Assembly: GCA_001768515.1 (NCBI GenBank)
Contig: MEOA01000045.1
Coordinates: 97,406 to 161,405, forward strand
Origin: Bacteroidetes bacterium GWE2_42_24
GTDB taxonomy: Bacteria; Bacteroidota; Bacteroidia; Bacteroidales; TTA-H9
Direction: 5' to 3'
Length of the DNA: 64,000 nt
Notes under the pieces: model-generated
What the model saw: the letters and a program-made list of their open reading frames with translations, nothing else
Told to the model about the DNA's origin: nothing
The model's database searches: none
Translations under genes and position numbers: made by a program
Part shown: in pieces, positions 46,787 to 57,697 of the stretch
Numbering within the stretch: position 1 is the stretch's first letter
Layout of the letters: each line of letters begins with the position of its first letter

Positions 46787-46801
46787 TTTAATAATTTTAT
46801 G

Positions 46802-48145
46802 TTAAAGAAGAAGTGAATTGATGGTTCCGTTTAGCTTTATGATTTCGAGTTGAGATAAGTCGATCTGAAGTTTTGAATTCAGCCAGGATAAGTACGATGT
46901 ATTGTATTCTGATCTGGCATTAAGTACATCTGTAAATGTTTTTATTCCCTGGTGATATTGATCTTCTGTAACGCTTACAACATTACCTGCCAGTTCAAGA
47001 TTGGTTTTTAATCTGAATTCGGTTAACTGGTTATTTAAAAGCGTTTCCATTGCATTTTCAAACTGTATAACCAAACTACCTTGTAAATCCCGCTGAGCTA
47101 ATCTGGATTGTTCCAGAGCCACCCTGCTTTGATTAATTTTGCCTTTTATTCTGTTTCCTTCAAAAACGGGCACTGAGAGTCTTATCCCAATATAGGATGT
47201 AGTATACCAGTTGCTGCCTTTGTTTATTTCATCCATTTGTTCAACCTGTGCCTGGAAACTATATTCGGCAAACCCCGAAAGCGATGGTGAAGATCCGGCT
47301 TTCATATACCTGAGGTTGATTTCTGCAAATTTTTCTTTCTGCTTCATAATCTTCATTTCTGTCAGGTTCTCAAAGGTGGTATCAATTTGAATTCGTGAAA
47401 ATCCAACGTCAACCATGTCGTCTGATAGTTTAATTTTTCGGGTTTGTCCGATACCTGCCAGATATTTCAGCATGTTCAACTGCTGATTTCTTTTTAACAC
47501 CAGACCGTCCCTTTCTGCTTCAGTGTTGTTAATAACAACGGTTATCCTGTCTGATTCAGCCTTACAAATCAATCCGTTTCTCAGATGTTGTTGTGAATAG
47601 GCATACAACTTTCGAAATGAGGATAAATTTGTGTCAAGTAGAATTATCTGCCTGTTCATTGTTTGAACAAGAATATAGAGCTGTGCTATTCTAAAAACCA
47701 TTTCTTCCTTTTGTTGCTCCAGGCTGAGATCGCTGATTTCGCAGCCTTTCCTGAATAAGTTTACGGATGCAAAATAGGAAGCATTATAGATCATCTGCCC
47801 TGCCTGGATTCCTGCAATTACATTATACTTTGTACCAAGCCTGATGGGAACCATTGTTCCCGGTTGCCCGACGATATCGCCCGAAACCATATTCACCGGA
47901 ATATCAAAGTAGTCGCTGAAGGAGGCTAAACCGCTTATTTGTGGTAGCCCTTCACTTTTTGCTTCCTGAATCTGATGCCTGCTTTTAATTGTTTCCAGAT
48001 ATGCCTGTTTTAGACTCAAATTATTGGTCATACACATCTGTATGCACTTCCTCAATGAAAGAACAGAATCGCCGGCTTGCTGCCCGCTTGTAATTACTGG
48101 AATTAAAAGCACCAGAAGGGATGTTCTGATTTTATTTGTTTTCAT
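46802..48145 (-). CDS. TolC family outer-membrane efflux protein
   Basis: Signal peptide, LSLRKCI..NN.SL, LPQIS, LSVPVFEG; operon context. Confidence 0.9.
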   Translation of the reverse strand: MKTNKIRTSLLVLLIPVITSGQQAGDSVLSLRKCIQMCMTNNLSLKQAYLETIKSRHQIQEAKSEGLPQISGLASFSDYFDIPVNMVSGDIVGQPGTMVPIRLGTKYNVIAGIQAGQMIYNASYFASVNLFRKGCEISDLSLEQQKEEMVFRIAQLYILVQTMNRQIILLDTNLSSFRKLYAYSQQHLRNGLICKAESDRITVVINNTEAERDGLVLKRNQQLNMLKYLAGIGQTRKIKLSDDMVDVGFSRIQIDTTFENLTEMKIMKQKEKFAEINLRYMKAGSSPSLSGFAEYSFQAQVEQMDEINKGSNWYTTSYIGIRLSVPVFEGNRIKGKINQSRVALEQSRLAQRDLQGSLVIQFENAMETLLNNQLTEFRLKTNLELAGNVVSVTEDQYHQGIKTFTDVLNARSEYNTSYLSWLNSKLQIDLSQLEIIKLNGTINSLLL

Positions 48146-48170
48146 TTTTCGAATGTCTGATTATATATAG

Positions 48171-48188
48171 AGACCGACATCCCGGTCT
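48171..48188. promoter_or_regulatory. Probable TetR operator upstream of tolC
   Basis: Perfect AGACCG-N6-CGGTCT; near-copy at 48843-48860. Confidence 0.7.
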
Positions 48189-48206
48189 GTATTAGGAGAA
48201 AAAAAA

Positions 48207-48830
48207 TTATGCTTTAATTAATTGATATAAATTATCAAAGTGAGCTTTTACCTTTTTGTCAGTGTTTTCCATCTTCTCGTCAAAAATGGATAAAACACTG
48301 ATACCATGCATTAAAGTATGCACATGACTTGCCAGAGAATGACTGTCTAATTCTTTTTTCAATTCACCGGTCTCTTTTGCCTTATTAATTACAGTTTCAA
48401 ACATAACTATTTCGTTATCGTGCAGTTTTTCCAGGATAATATTAAATCCTTTGTAGTGCTTCATCATATCAAACAATACCATGTACAGATTGACTTCATC
48501 AAGCTGTAATCTGAATTCCTTCAGCGTAGAGTCTGCCAATTCGATCAGATGCTCTAACGTCGATTTGATATAATACGGAATGAAATCTCTGAACGACAAA
48601 TCGTACGGGTTGCTTGAGAAATGACCGAATTCTGTCAGAAATGAACCCAGAACAAAATGGTCTATCACCTCATGGTAAAGGGCTTCTTTGCTTTCGAAAT
48701 GATGATAAAACCCGCCTTTCGATAAACCTGATGCCTTGAGTATCTCATTCATGGTTACCTCTGTATATGGTTTCTTAAGGAAAAAGTACAGCGCGATATT
48801 AAGGATTCGTTCTTTAGATTCAATCATCAT
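48207..48830 (-). CDS. TetR/AcrR family regulator
   Basis: KERIL..AL.FF.KK.Y..VTM.EI...SGLSKGGFYHHFESKEAL HTH. Start at ATG 48830. Confidence 0.93.
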   Translation of the reverse strand: MMIESKERILNIALYFFLKKPYTEVTMNEILKASGLSKGGFYHHFESKEALYHEVIDHFVLGSFLTEFGHFSSNPYDLSFRDFIPYYIKSTLEHLIELADSTLKEFRLQLDEVNLYMVLFDMMKHYKGFNIILEKLHDNEIVMFETVINKAKETGELKKELDSHSLASHVHTLMHGISVLSIFDEKMENTDKKVKAHFDNLYQLIKA

Positions 48831-48842
48831 GGTATAATTTAC

Positions 48843-48860
48843 AAACCGACTTCCCGGTCT
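48843..48860. promoter_or_regulatory. Probable autoregulatory TetR operator
   Basis: AAACCG-acttcc-CGGTCT directly downstream of the TATCTTTG -7 box (48862-48869, minus strand). Confidence 0.7.
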
Positions 48861-48937
48861 GCAAAGATAAATACTTTTTTTAAACAAAAACTATCTGATG
48901 TGTTTTTTATCTAAAAAATTTCCACCCAAAAGAACAC

Positions 48938-48979
48938 TGCCTGTTCAGGGACACCGCATACAATGTTCCTGAACAGGCA
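48938..48979 (-). terminator. Hairpin after the S9 peptidase gene
   Basis: TGCCTGTTCAGG...CCTGAACAGGCA. Confidence 0.6.
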
Positions 48980-48986
48980 CTGAAAA

Positions 48987-51566
48987 TTACATCTTCCGCT
49001 CCGGGTACAATTCATCCCACCATGCCGGATCATCCTGCAACCACTTGGCGAACCAGGCAAAGATAGTGTTCTGCCACTTGATTCTTGGTTTGTAGCTTAA
49101 TATCTGATGATTTTGTTCATCGAATTCAATCAGTTCTACTTTTTTGCCAAGAAGGGTCAACGCGGTAAATAGCTGATGGCTTTCAGCCGTCGGTACATTG
49201 GTGTCTTTGTTGCCATGAAGCAACAGAATGGAATTTTGTACTTTATCGGCATTAAAGAGCGGACTTTGATTGGCATAAAACACGGGATCATTCCATGGGA
49301 ATTTATCTGCTGTGGCAGCGCTGCTATAGAGATAACCCCAATAGCCTTCGCCCCAGTAGCTGCTTAGATTGCTGATACCGGCATGGGCAATGGCTGTCCT
49401 GAAAATATCGGTACGGGTCTGAAGCAACATCGTCATGAAGCCACCATAACTGGCCCCAATACAACCAACGCGGGTGCTGTCGGCAGCCGGGTGAGTGCGC
49501 AGGAACTTTTTTGTTCCTTCAATAATTTGATCTGCGGTAGTTGTACCCCAGTTGTTTACATGACGAGCCGCGAATTCTGCTCCATAACCCGTGCATCCAT
49601 CCGGGTTGAGGGTATATACTATGTAGCCCATGGCGGCAAACAGATTTTTGGGATACCTCCCTTCGAATGAACGATTGATAGGGCTTGTGCCTGCATAGTA
49701 ATAAACGATGACAGGGTATTTTTGAGCAGGATTAAAATCAGGGGGATAAAAGACCATTCCATCAATTGAATCGCCATTTTCTGTGGTGAAGACATAATCC
49801 TCGACATTCCCGAAGGCAATGTCCCTGAAGAAGCTTTTGGATGGGTTGGCTGCCGGTGAGGGCAAATTTTCTGATACTGTTGTAGTCCATGCCACCGAAG
49901 GAGCACTTACTGAAGTTCCAAAAGCTGCAATTCTGCCGGTGAGTGGCGAAACAGCCATTCCTGAGGTCACCTCTGCCATTCCGGTAATCTTTCTGAATGA
50001 AGTCCCTTTAAGATCGGTGACAAAGATGTCGGCTCTTGTACGGTTTTCCGTCAGCAACACGATCTGTTGCCCGTTGGCAGCCCATGCGGCTTCGTTTACT
50101 TTCGGGTTGAAGTTACGCGTTAGCGGTGTTATCTCACCTGAGGCCAAATCATACAGGAAAGCCTGCGTGTCGTACTCATTTGGGATGGTGCCTTCTGGCA
50201 ATACATTGCCGATGTTATTGAACAGGGTAGGGGCGCCTGTAACAAGCAGGGTTTTGTCGTCAGGCGAAAGCGTTACAGCGGCTCCGCCGGCGAAGTCCCA
50301 TATTCTGGTCACCACACCCGACAGGAGATCGAGACGATACAATTGTTGACGTGAATAGGGGCGGGTTGTGAAATCAACGTCTGAAGTAGAAAACAAGATG
50401 AAACTGCCGTCATGAGCTATCGACTGTAAATCTGTACTACGATAGCCCCAGGTGAGCCGGTCGTGTATTCTGGTCTCAAAACAATAGCGGCCCAGCAGTG
50501 ACCGGTTACGGTACCATGGCCAGCGATCGTTCGGGTTTTCAATATGGCGGGCAATATCTTTTTCCTTAGGCCCGTCTTCACTGATACTATATATAAGGAA
50601 TTTCCCGTCAGGTGACCAGCCATAGTTGTCAACTTTGTCAAAACCTCCGGTGATGCTCTTCTTGCCGGTGGCGAGGTTTTCGATCACAAATTGTTTCCCT
50701 TCACCATTGCTTTGAAGGTAGCTAATGGCTCTGCCGTCGGGAGTAAAGTTGATGCTGCTTATTTTATCATCCGTGTTGCTCCATACCAGATGGTGATCGC
50801 TGAAGGCATAGATGCCGGTTTCGCTTTCCGACTTTCCCTCGCCTTTAAATACTGTGTTAAAATTAAGACGGTAGAATTCACCTGAATTGCTGATGTCACA
50901 GCCGGTAACAGAAGTTCCTTCGAGTACATGAGCCAGATCGATTGATTGCCCGGGGTTGGTTGTAAAGGTGATGTCTTTGTTGGATGTTTCAAACGAAAAG
51001 CCCTCCTGTTTGCCGCCATCAACTGATTGGTCTGCCAGTAGTTTTACCAGTAGCAGGTGTTTTCCCCGGGTGAGTTTGGCTGAAGGTTTCCCCGTGGCGG
51101 GTTTGCCATCTGAGGGGCTCCCTGACGCAAGTTTCTCGCCGTTGAGCCATAATTCGTATGTGAAGCTGCTGCTGATGTCAAATTCTACAGAGGCGTAGCG
51201 TGGTAAGGTGACATAAACTGCACCAAGCCAAAGTGTTTTTGATTTATCGTTCCCGGTGACCGGTGTGAACCTCCCTTTTGTGAACGGTTGTATTTGCCAT
51301 TTCTGTCCGCCGAAAGGTGACAAACGACTGCTTTCAGGCAATGCAGTATCTGATGGGAGTTGAATAGCATTTAATAGTAACGCACTGTTGAATTTCTTGC
51401 CGTTGATGTCGGGCAATGTATCGAATAATGGGGCAGAAGTGACAACTGGACCTGCTACCAGCCATTCGGCTGGTTTGTTGCGGGCTGTCGAATTCTGGCT
51501 ACTGACTGATATTGAAAATATGAGTATCAGAACAGAAACCAGGACTAATGCAATTGGTTTTCTCAT
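48987..51566 (-). CDS. Secreted S9 family (prolyl oligopeptidase/acylaminoacyl) peptidase
   Basis: Signal peptide, beta-propeller repeats (WSPDGK), GASYGG nucleophile, HG.KD.NV, NH catalytic His. Confidence 0.92.
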   Translation of the reverse strand: MRKPIALVLVSVLILIFSISVSSQNSTARNKPAEWLVAGPVVTSAPLFDTLPDINGKKFNSALLLNAIQLPSDTALPESSRLSPFGGQKWQIQPFTKGRFTPVTGNDKSKTLWLGAVYVTLPRYASVEFDISSSFTYELWLNGEKLASGSPSDGKPATGKPSAKLTRGKHLLLVKLLADQSVDGGKQEGFSFETSNKDITFTTNPGQSIDLAHVLEGTSVTGCDISNSGEFYRLNFNTVFKGEGKSESETGIYAFSDHHLVWSNTDDKISSINFTPDGRAISYLQSNGEGKQFVIENLATGKKSITGGFDKVDNYGWSPDGKFLIYSISEDGPKEKDIARHIENPNDRWPWYRNRSLLGRYCFETRIHDRLTWGYRSTDLQSIAHDGSFILFSTSDVDFTTRPYSRQQLYRLDLLSGVVTRIWDFAGGAAVTLSPDDKTLLVTGAPTLFNNIGNVLPEGTIPNEYDTQAFLYDLASGEITPLTRNFNPKVNEAAWAANGQQIVLLTENRTRADIFVTDLKGTSFRKITGMAEVTSGMAVSPLTGRIAAFGTSVSAPSVAWTTTVSENLPSPAANPSKSFFRDIAFGNVEDYVFTTENGDSIDGMVFYPPDFNPAQKYPVIVYYYAGTSPINRSFEGRYPKNLFAAMGYIVYTLNPDGCTGYGAEFAARHVNNWGTTTADQIIEGTKKFLRTHPAADSTRVGCIGASYGGFMTMLLQTRTDIFRTAIAHAGISNLSSYWGEGYWGYLYSSAATADKFPWNDPVFYANQSPLFNADKVQNSILLLHGNKDTNVPTAESHQLFTALTLLGKKVELIEFDEQNHQILSYKPRIKWQNTIFAWFAKWLQDDPAWWDELYPERKM

Positions 51567-51631
51567 GCAAATCTGGAGTTTAATTTGGTGACGAAATTTA
51601 ATGAATAAGAAATCTGAATTTCTTAAAGAGG

Positions 51632-54600
51632 TTAACTATTTACCTGTGTTGTGGGAAGAATAAACATAAACTGGCTCCCTTCTCCCTGCCGGCTTGTGGC
51701 CCAGATACGTCCATTGTTTCTGGTAATGAACTCATGGCAGAGAATGAGCCCCAGGCCCGTTCCTGCTTCATTGGCCGTTCCTTCGGTTTTTACTTTTTCG
51801 CCGGTTTTAAACAGTTTGGCAAGGTCAGAGGTAATAATTCCTGTCCCATGATCTTCGACGGTTACCTTTAGGTAGTTTGTAGTTGCATTGTCGGCAAGAT
51901 CGGGATGGCCAGGCTCAAGAATCTCTGTTGTCAATGCGACAATCGAGCCCGGGTAGGAGAATTTGATGGCATTGGTGAGCAGGTTTCTGATAACAGTTCT
52001 TACCATGTTAAGGTCAGCAAAGACCCAACTGTTTCCCTGCTGACTGGTTTCGAATTTTATCCCTTTTGCCTGCGCCTGGGGAGCAATCACCTGAAGGCTG
52101 TTGGTGATGGGTATGTTGATGTCGATGGGCTGAGGGTCGAATTGAAGGCTTCCTGTTTGCGACCTTGCCCATTCCAGTAAGTTATTCAGCAACCGGAAGG
52201 CACTCTGAGCGCCTATTTCTATCTGCCCGATGTATTCTTTTTTTATAGTATCCGACAACTCATCATAATCATGCGATAGGATGTCGGCATAGCCGAGGAT
52301 AATGTTGAACGGGTTCTTGAGGTCGTGGGCCAGAATGCTGAAGAACTTATCCTTGGTTGCATTAAGATCTCTGAGTTGGGATTCACTGTCGATCAGCATT
52401 CTTTGCGATTCGCGTTCTTCGCTTATGTCGCGGATAACAAGCATCCCGAGCGTAATTTCCTGATTGGGTTCTATCACCGGGACTGCCTGTATCTGACATA
52501 GCCTGTTGGCGAAAGTGATTTCTGCCATCGGGTGATGACCTTCAAACGACTTGTTCATCATGTCGGTGATGGTTCTGTTATCCTCCTCCGAATGAATAGG
52601 AAACCCGGAGAATTTCCCTTCAAGCGACATCGTCTGGAATCCCATTTCTGAAAGCAGGGGTCCCTCGGTAAGAATATACTTTTTACTGCGGTCGTAAAGT
52701 AATACAGCGGTTTGAGGTAGTTGCCTGACCAGTTCACGATACATGTTTTTTCGGCGTTGCAGCTCGGTCTCTGTCTGCTTCTGGAGGGTGATGTCTTCTT
52801 TTATAGCGATGTATTGAGTGATTTGGTTGTCGCTGTTCTTTACCGGGGTAATCAGCGCGTTCTCCCAATACAGTTCCCCGTTCTTGCGGCGGTTCAGGAA
52901 CTCTCCTTTCCATGGTTCGCCACCGGAGATGGTTCGCCACAGGTTTTTGTAAAAGGTTTCATTATGCCGGCCCGATTTCAGGATGGCCGGTTTCTGCCCA
53001 ATAGCTTCATCGCTTGTATACCCGCTAATTTGTGTGAATTTCTGATTTACATACGTGATGACTCCGGCCACATCGGTCATTACAACCACAACCGCGTTTT
53101 GTTCTACTGCCGTTCTAAGCAGGATGTTTTCCTGTACTACCTTTTTAAGTCGCGTGATGTCACGGATGGCCGTAATATTTACTGTCCTCCCTTTAAACTG
53201 CATCGGTCTGTTCAAAATCTCAACCTGAACCGGATCCCCCGTGCATAATAAAGAGGTTTGAAATTCACCTTCAGTTTTCTCATTAAAAACAAGCGAGAGC
53301 CTGGTGAGGTCATCTTCAGGGAAACAATCACTGATCCGTTTGGTGTTGAGCTCCGCCTCCGTTATCCCCAGAAGATTCCGAAAAGACTGATTTGCCATGA
53401 GAATTCGCCCATTGAGGTGGATGATGATGCCCTCGAAAGTGGAATTTGATAATTCACGGAAATGACGTTCGCTTCTCTTTTCATACCGGTAAAGCAGGTA
53501 GATTAATATGAGCGCAACGAACGCTGAAATCGAAATGATGATTAATATCCGGAGACGGTTGCTTGCCTTCTCTATAGTTTTATTGGTCTGGTATTCGATT
53601 TGTAATGCATCGAGTGCCGATCTGACCTCTTCAGTACGGTTTGATTTGAATGAGTTAATCAGCGTGTCTGTGGCAGAACGCAATTCTTCATTGTAATAGG
53701 CGAGGCTGTCGTTGTGGGAAGCATTGATAAGCCACTGGCACTTTAACTGAACCGATTCATAATACTCTTCAATTAGATTTATCTTCTTGCCCAGTTTTAG
53801 GGAAATGTTCATGTACTTCTCTGCTTTCTCGTACGCGCCCGCATTGTGAAGAAATTTTGCCAGACGCATGCTGGCAAGCAACATTCCCCGCTTGCTCCTG
53901 CACTTTTCATATTGAGCATAAGATGCTTCATACGAGCGTGTTGCCACTTCAATCTTGCCTGAACTCTCTGCCGCGACGCCCAGGTTAAATAAAGCAGCAC
54001 ATACGAGGGTTGAATCGTAACGGTCATGCTTCTTTTTGTTGTTCATCACGAAAAGGGCTTCCCGTGTTACCTCTTCTGCCCGGGCATAATCTTTCAGACT
54101 GATGTAAGCCTGACCTATGTATATCTTGGAATGGGCAATCAGATAAGGGTCGCTCATTGTCTTCCTGACCTTCAATGCACGATTGAACCATACAAGGGCT
54201 GAATCAGGTTGTTCCCTGGCCTGAAATGTCAGGCCAATGTTGTTCATTGCCAATGCTGTGCCATGGGTGTCTTTGGCTGATATGAACATTTTCAGTTGCT
54301 TCTGGTAATCATGCGATGCCATCTCGTAGAATCCCTGCGCGAAGAACGTGTTGGCGATGTCGCTGAGCGAATAAGCCTGTCCTTTAATACTCCCGGCTTC
54401 CTGAAAAAAACGGTACCCCTCCATCAGGTATTTCAAGGCGAGGCTATACTGCTCTTTTGATTGATAGTACACGCCAAGATCGTTATTGATATGCCCAAGT
54501 CCTTCGAGGCTTCCATGCTTTTTTTCCCATTCAAGAATTTGAAAAAGGATGGCTGTCGGATCATCCGGATAGGCTCTCTTCTTAAATTGGTCCCGTAGCA

Positions 54601-54757
54601 TCTTTAGCTTTGCGGAATCCGGATCGTGGGTGCTCCTGCTAAGTACTCCCAGCCAGGAAGAAGCCATGCACTCTGCCGGCAGGGTTATGCTCAGCAACAG
54701 GCTGATGAGCATAAGCAGGAGTGGCGTTTTGTATGATATATACCGGTTTAAATTCAT
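51632..54757 (-). CDS. TPR-TM-PAS histidine kinase (orphan)
   Basis: Periplasmic TPRs, TM helix, about 3 PAS domains (W.GEF.NRRKNGELYWE), AHDLKNPF H-box, GTGLGL. Confidence 0.9.
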   Translation of the reverse strand: MNLNRYISYKTPLLLMLISLLLSITLPAECMASSWLGVLSRSTHDPDSAKLKMLRDQFKKRAYPDDPTAILFQILEWEKKHGSLEGLGHINNDLGVYYQSKEQYSLALKYLMEGYRFFQEAGSIKGQAYSLSDIANTFFAQGFYEMASHDYQKQLKMFISAKDTHGTALAMNNIGLTFQAREQPDSALVWFNRALKVRKTMSDPYLIAHSKIYIGQAYISLKDYARAEEVTREALFVMNNKKKHDRYDSTLVCAALFNLGVAAESSGKIEVATRSYEASYAQYEKCRSKRGMLLASMRLAKFLHNAGAYEKAEKYMNISLKLGKKINLIEEYYESVQLKCQWLINASHNDSLAYYNEELRSATDTLINSFKSNRTEEVRSALDALQIEYQTNKTIEKASNRLRILIIISISAFVALILIYLLYRYEKRSERHFRELSNSTFEGIIIHLNGRILMANQSFRNLLGITEAELNTKRISDCFPEDDLTRLSLVFNEKTEGEFQTSLLCTGDPVQVEILNRPMQFKGRTVNITAIRDITRLKKVVQENILLRTAVEQNAVVVVMTDVAGVITYVNQKFTQISGYTSDEAIGQKPAILKSGRHNETFYKNLWRTISGGEPWKGEFLNRRKNGELYWENALITPVKNSDNQITQYIAIKEDITLQKQTETELQRRKNMYRELVRQLPQTAVLLYDRSKKYILTEGPLLSEMGFQTMSLEGKFSGFPIHSEEDNRTITDMMNKSFEGHHPMAEITFANRLCQIQAVPVIEPNQEITLGMLVIRDISEERESQRMLIDSESQLRDLNATKDKFFSILAHDLKNPFNIILGYADILSHDYDELSDTIKKEYIGQIEIGAQSAFRLLNNLLEWARSQTGSLQFDPQPIDINIPITNSLQVIAPQAQAKGIKFETSQQGNSWVFADLNMVRTVIRNLLTNAIKFSYPGSIVALTTEILEPGHPDLADNATTNYLKVTVEDHGTGIITSDLAKLFKTGEKVKTEGTANEAGTGLGLILCHEFITRNNGRIWATSRQGEGSQFMFILPTTQVNS

Positions 54758-55173
54758 TACAGCTTGATTGACAGGAAATGTCGGTTAAAGATAATCCGAA
54801 ACCAGGGTTTTGTAATGCACATTTTTCAACATGCGAATTTTAAAACCTTCATGATACCGGTACGTGAAACAGATTAACGTTTTCAGTTTGTTGATGATTA
54901 TTTCGTTATACGCTGATTAACCGACCCGGGTTACTAGAAGAAAAGGTCATATAGTCTGCTAATATAAAACATAAGATTGCAATGATTGTTGATACCGGGA
55001 AAATAATTTGCATAAAGACCCGGTTGAGCCATTAGCATCTCCTTAATGCACATCATATAACGGGTGATTGGTTGAAACGATGCTGACTTTGTTATTGCCG
55101 GTACCTTGCCCAGCCGGGATTTCTGTTTGCCGCCGAAGGTCATTGATTAAACAATGCTTGTCGGAAGTATGTG

Positions 55174-55202
55174 AAAAAAAAGGCCGGACAAAATGTCCGG
55201 CC
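55174..55202 (-). terminator. Terminator after the oxidoreductase operon
   Basis: A8-GGCCGGACA-aaa-TGTCCGGCC. Confidence 0.8.
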
Positions 55203-55225
55203 CTGATTGAAATATAAGTATCGAA

Positions 55226-55768
55226 TTAAACTTTCTCCACAATTTCAAGCCCTTTGGCAATGGCCTTCATATTCATGGGGATAGATTTATGATGTCGTGC
55301 CGGAAGCGATTTGGCCAATCCTTTTTCAACATTCTCCATTTTAACAATGGGTTTCAGCTTCAGAAAAGCGCCGAGCACAATCATGTTGAAGGTCTTGGCC
55401 GATCCCATGGCTGTAGCTGCTTCAGTTGCCTGAATTCTGTAGATGTTGATGTCGGTACGTGAAGGATGTCTGGTGATCCCGTTGGGGTCGTATAACAAGA
55501 TACCACCCGGTTTCACGGTTTTCTCAAACTTATCCATCGACTGCTGGTTGAGGATGATGGCTGTGTCGAATTGATTCAGAATGGGCGAACTGATGCGTTC
55601 GTCGCTCAGAATCACGGTAACGTTGGCTGTGCCGCCACGCATTTCAGGGCCATAGCTGGGCATCCAGGCTACTTCCTGATCTTGCATGATGCCTGAGTAG
55701 GCCAGAATTTTCCCCATAGAGAGAACACCCTGTCCGCCGAATCCGGCTATAATAATTTCTTCAGTCAT
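55226..55768 (-). CDS. 2-oxoacid:ferredoxin oxidoreductase gamma subunit
   Basis: AGFGGQG, PSYGPEMRGG, NMIVLGA. Confidence 0.93.
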   Translation of the reverse strand: MTEEIIIAGFGGQGVLSMGKILAYSGIMQDQEVAWMPSYGPEMRGGTANVTVILSDERISSPILNQFDTAIILNQQSMDKFEKTVKPGGILLYDPNGITRHPSRTDINIYRIQATEAATAMGSAKTFNMIVLGAFLKLKPIVKMENVEKGLAKSLPARHHKSIPMNMKAIAKGLEIVEKV

Positions 55769-55793
55769 TGTATTACGTTTTTCTGATTTTCAA

Positions 55794-56582
55794 TTATTTT
55801 ACCAATTCACCGTTCATTTTAATGTCGCCCAACTCGTAGAACGGGAACATGTTGTTCACCATCCATTCATTGGCTTTTACAGGTGAAAGCTTCCAACCTG
55901 AATTACAGTTGCTCACTATTTCAACAAAGCTTACGCCTTTGTTGAGCTTCTGGTTTTCAAAAGCCATACGGATGGCCTTTTTAGCTTTGCGGACGGCGGC
56001 AGGCGTATGCACTGCCTGACGGGTAACCATGTAAGTGCCGGGAAGTGTGGCCACAATTTCGGTCATCTTCAGGGGGTTTCCCATGATCTGGGTATCACGT
56101 CCGTAAGGAGAGGTGCTGGTGGGCATGCCGGGCAGCGTGGTAGGAGCCATCTGTCCGCCTGTCATTCCATAAATCCCGTTGTTGATGAAGATGATAACAA
56201 TGTTCTCACCACGGTTGCAGGCATGAATCGTTTCAGCCGTTCCTATGGCAGCAAGGTCGCCATCACCCTGATAGGTGAATACGAACTTCCCGGGATAAAG
56301 ACGTTTGATGGCTGTTGCCAGCGCGGGTGCACGTCCGTGAGCTGCCTGCTGCATATCGATATCAAAGAAGTTGTAGGCAAGTACCGAACAACCAACCGGC
56401 GCAACGCCAATGGTGTTGTTCTGGATGCCCATCTCGTCAATCACTTCAGCAATAAGGCGGTGGGCTGTACCATGACCACAACCTGGGCAATACGACATGA
56501 CGTTGTCGGTAAGGACTTTCGTTTTCGAATAAACGAGGTTTTCGGGTGTCCTGATTTCGGGTTTATCAAATGTTTCTGTCAT
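55794..56582 (-). CDS. 2-oxoacid:ferredoxin oxidoreductase beta (TPP-binding) subunit
   Basis: YCPGCGH, HGRA, GDGDLAAIG...NNGIYGMTGGQ. Confidence 0.93.
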   Translation of the reverse strand: MTETFDKPEIRTPENLVYSKTKVLTDNVMSYCPGCGHGTAHRLIAEVIDEMGIQNNTIGVAPVGCSVLAYNFFDIDMQQAAHGRAPALATAIKRLYPGKFVFTYQGDGDLAAIGTAETIHACNRGENIVIIFINNGIYGMTGGQMAPTTLPGMPTSTSPYGRDTQIMGNPLKMTEIVATLPGTYMVTRQAVHTPAAVRKAKKAIRMAFENQKLNKGVSFVEIVSNCNSGWKLSPVKANEWMVNNMFPFYELGDIKMNGELVK

Positions 56583-56584
56583 GG

Positions 56585-57667
56585 TTATCCTCCAATAATT
56601 TTAGTTTCAAGTGCTTTTACCACTTCGTCGGGTGTGGGGACAATGCCGCCGTAACGACCGAAATGTTCAACTTTTACTTTGCCGTTAACAGCCAGTCTGA
56701 CGTCTTCTACCATCTGTCCGGCACTCATTTCAACCGACAGAATTCCTTTAACCTGTGAGGCCAGCTTGCTGATGGCTTCCGAAGGATAAGGGAAGAGGGT
56801 GATGGGGCGCAGCAATCCTACCTTGATCCCCTTTTTACGGGCAGTCTGGACGGCTTTCTGGCAAATGCGGGCGCTCGATCCATAAGCTACCAGCAGGTAG
56901 TCGGCATCCTCGGTATCGAAGGTTTCGAATCGTACTTCATTGTCCTGCATCTGTTTGTATTTAGCCTGCAGCTTAATGTTGTGAAGTTCCTGTTTTGCTG
57001 AATCAAGTTCGAGCGATGTGATGATGCGGCGGGGGCCATTCTTCGGACGGCCTGTTGTTGCCCATGGGCACTCTGTGGCCACTTCTTCATCGGTGCGCCG
57101 TGAAATCTGCGGGTTCAATTCTACCTTTTCCATCATCTGGCCTATGACGCCATCAGATAAGATCAATACCGGGTTGCGGTATTTGAAGGCAAGTTCAAAG
57201 CCAAGACCGGCAAAGTCTGCCATTTCCTGAACTGAAGCAGGGGCCAGTACAATGAGCTTGTAGTCGCCGTGTCCACCGCCTTTTGTTGATTGGAAATAGT
57301 CGCTCTGTGAAGGTTGAATAGTTCCTAACCCGGGGCCGCCACGAACAACATTAAGTATAAGGGCCGGAAGCTCGGCTCCGGCTATGTATGAAATGCCTTC
57401 CTGTTTAAGGCTTATCCCCGGGCTTGATGACGAGGTCACCACCTTTTTTCCGCAGGCGGCACCACCATATACCATGTTGATGGCAGCCACTTCGCTCTCG
57501 GCTTGTAGAACCACCATACCGGTGCGCTCGTAAGGTTTCTGAGCCATAAGATACTCCAGTACTTCGCTTTGCGGCGTGATGGGGTACCCAAAGTAGCCGT
57601 CAACGCCTGCCCTGATGACAGCTTCGGCAAATGCCTCGTTGCCCTTCATTAATTTGAGTTCTTTCAT
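56585..57667 (-). CDS. vorB: 2-oxoacid:ferredoxin oxidoreductase alpha subunit (VorB-like)
   Basis: GNEA.AEA, YFGYPITPQSE, QAESE, SSSPG.SLKQE, RGGPGLG. Confidence 0.9.
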   Translation of the reverse strand: MKELKLMKGNEAFAEAVIRAGVDGYFGYPITPQSEVLEYLMAQKPYERTGMVVLQAESEVAAINMVYGGAACGKKVVTSSSSPGISLKQEGISYIAGAELPALILNVVRGGPGLGTIQPSQSDYFQSTKGGGHGDYKLIVLAPASVQEMADFAGLGFELAFKYRNPVLILSDGVIGQMMEKVELNPQISRRTDEEVATECPWATTGRPKNGPRRIITSLELDSAKQELHNIKLQAKYKQMQDNEVRFETFDTEDADYLLVAYGSSARICQKAVQTARKKGIKVGLLRPITLFPYPSEAISKLASQVKGILSVEMSAGQMVEDVRLAVNGKVKVEHFGRYGGIVPTPDEVVKALETKIIGG

Positions 57668-57697
57668 CCCTGTAATGATTTTTTGGTTTGAATCTCG

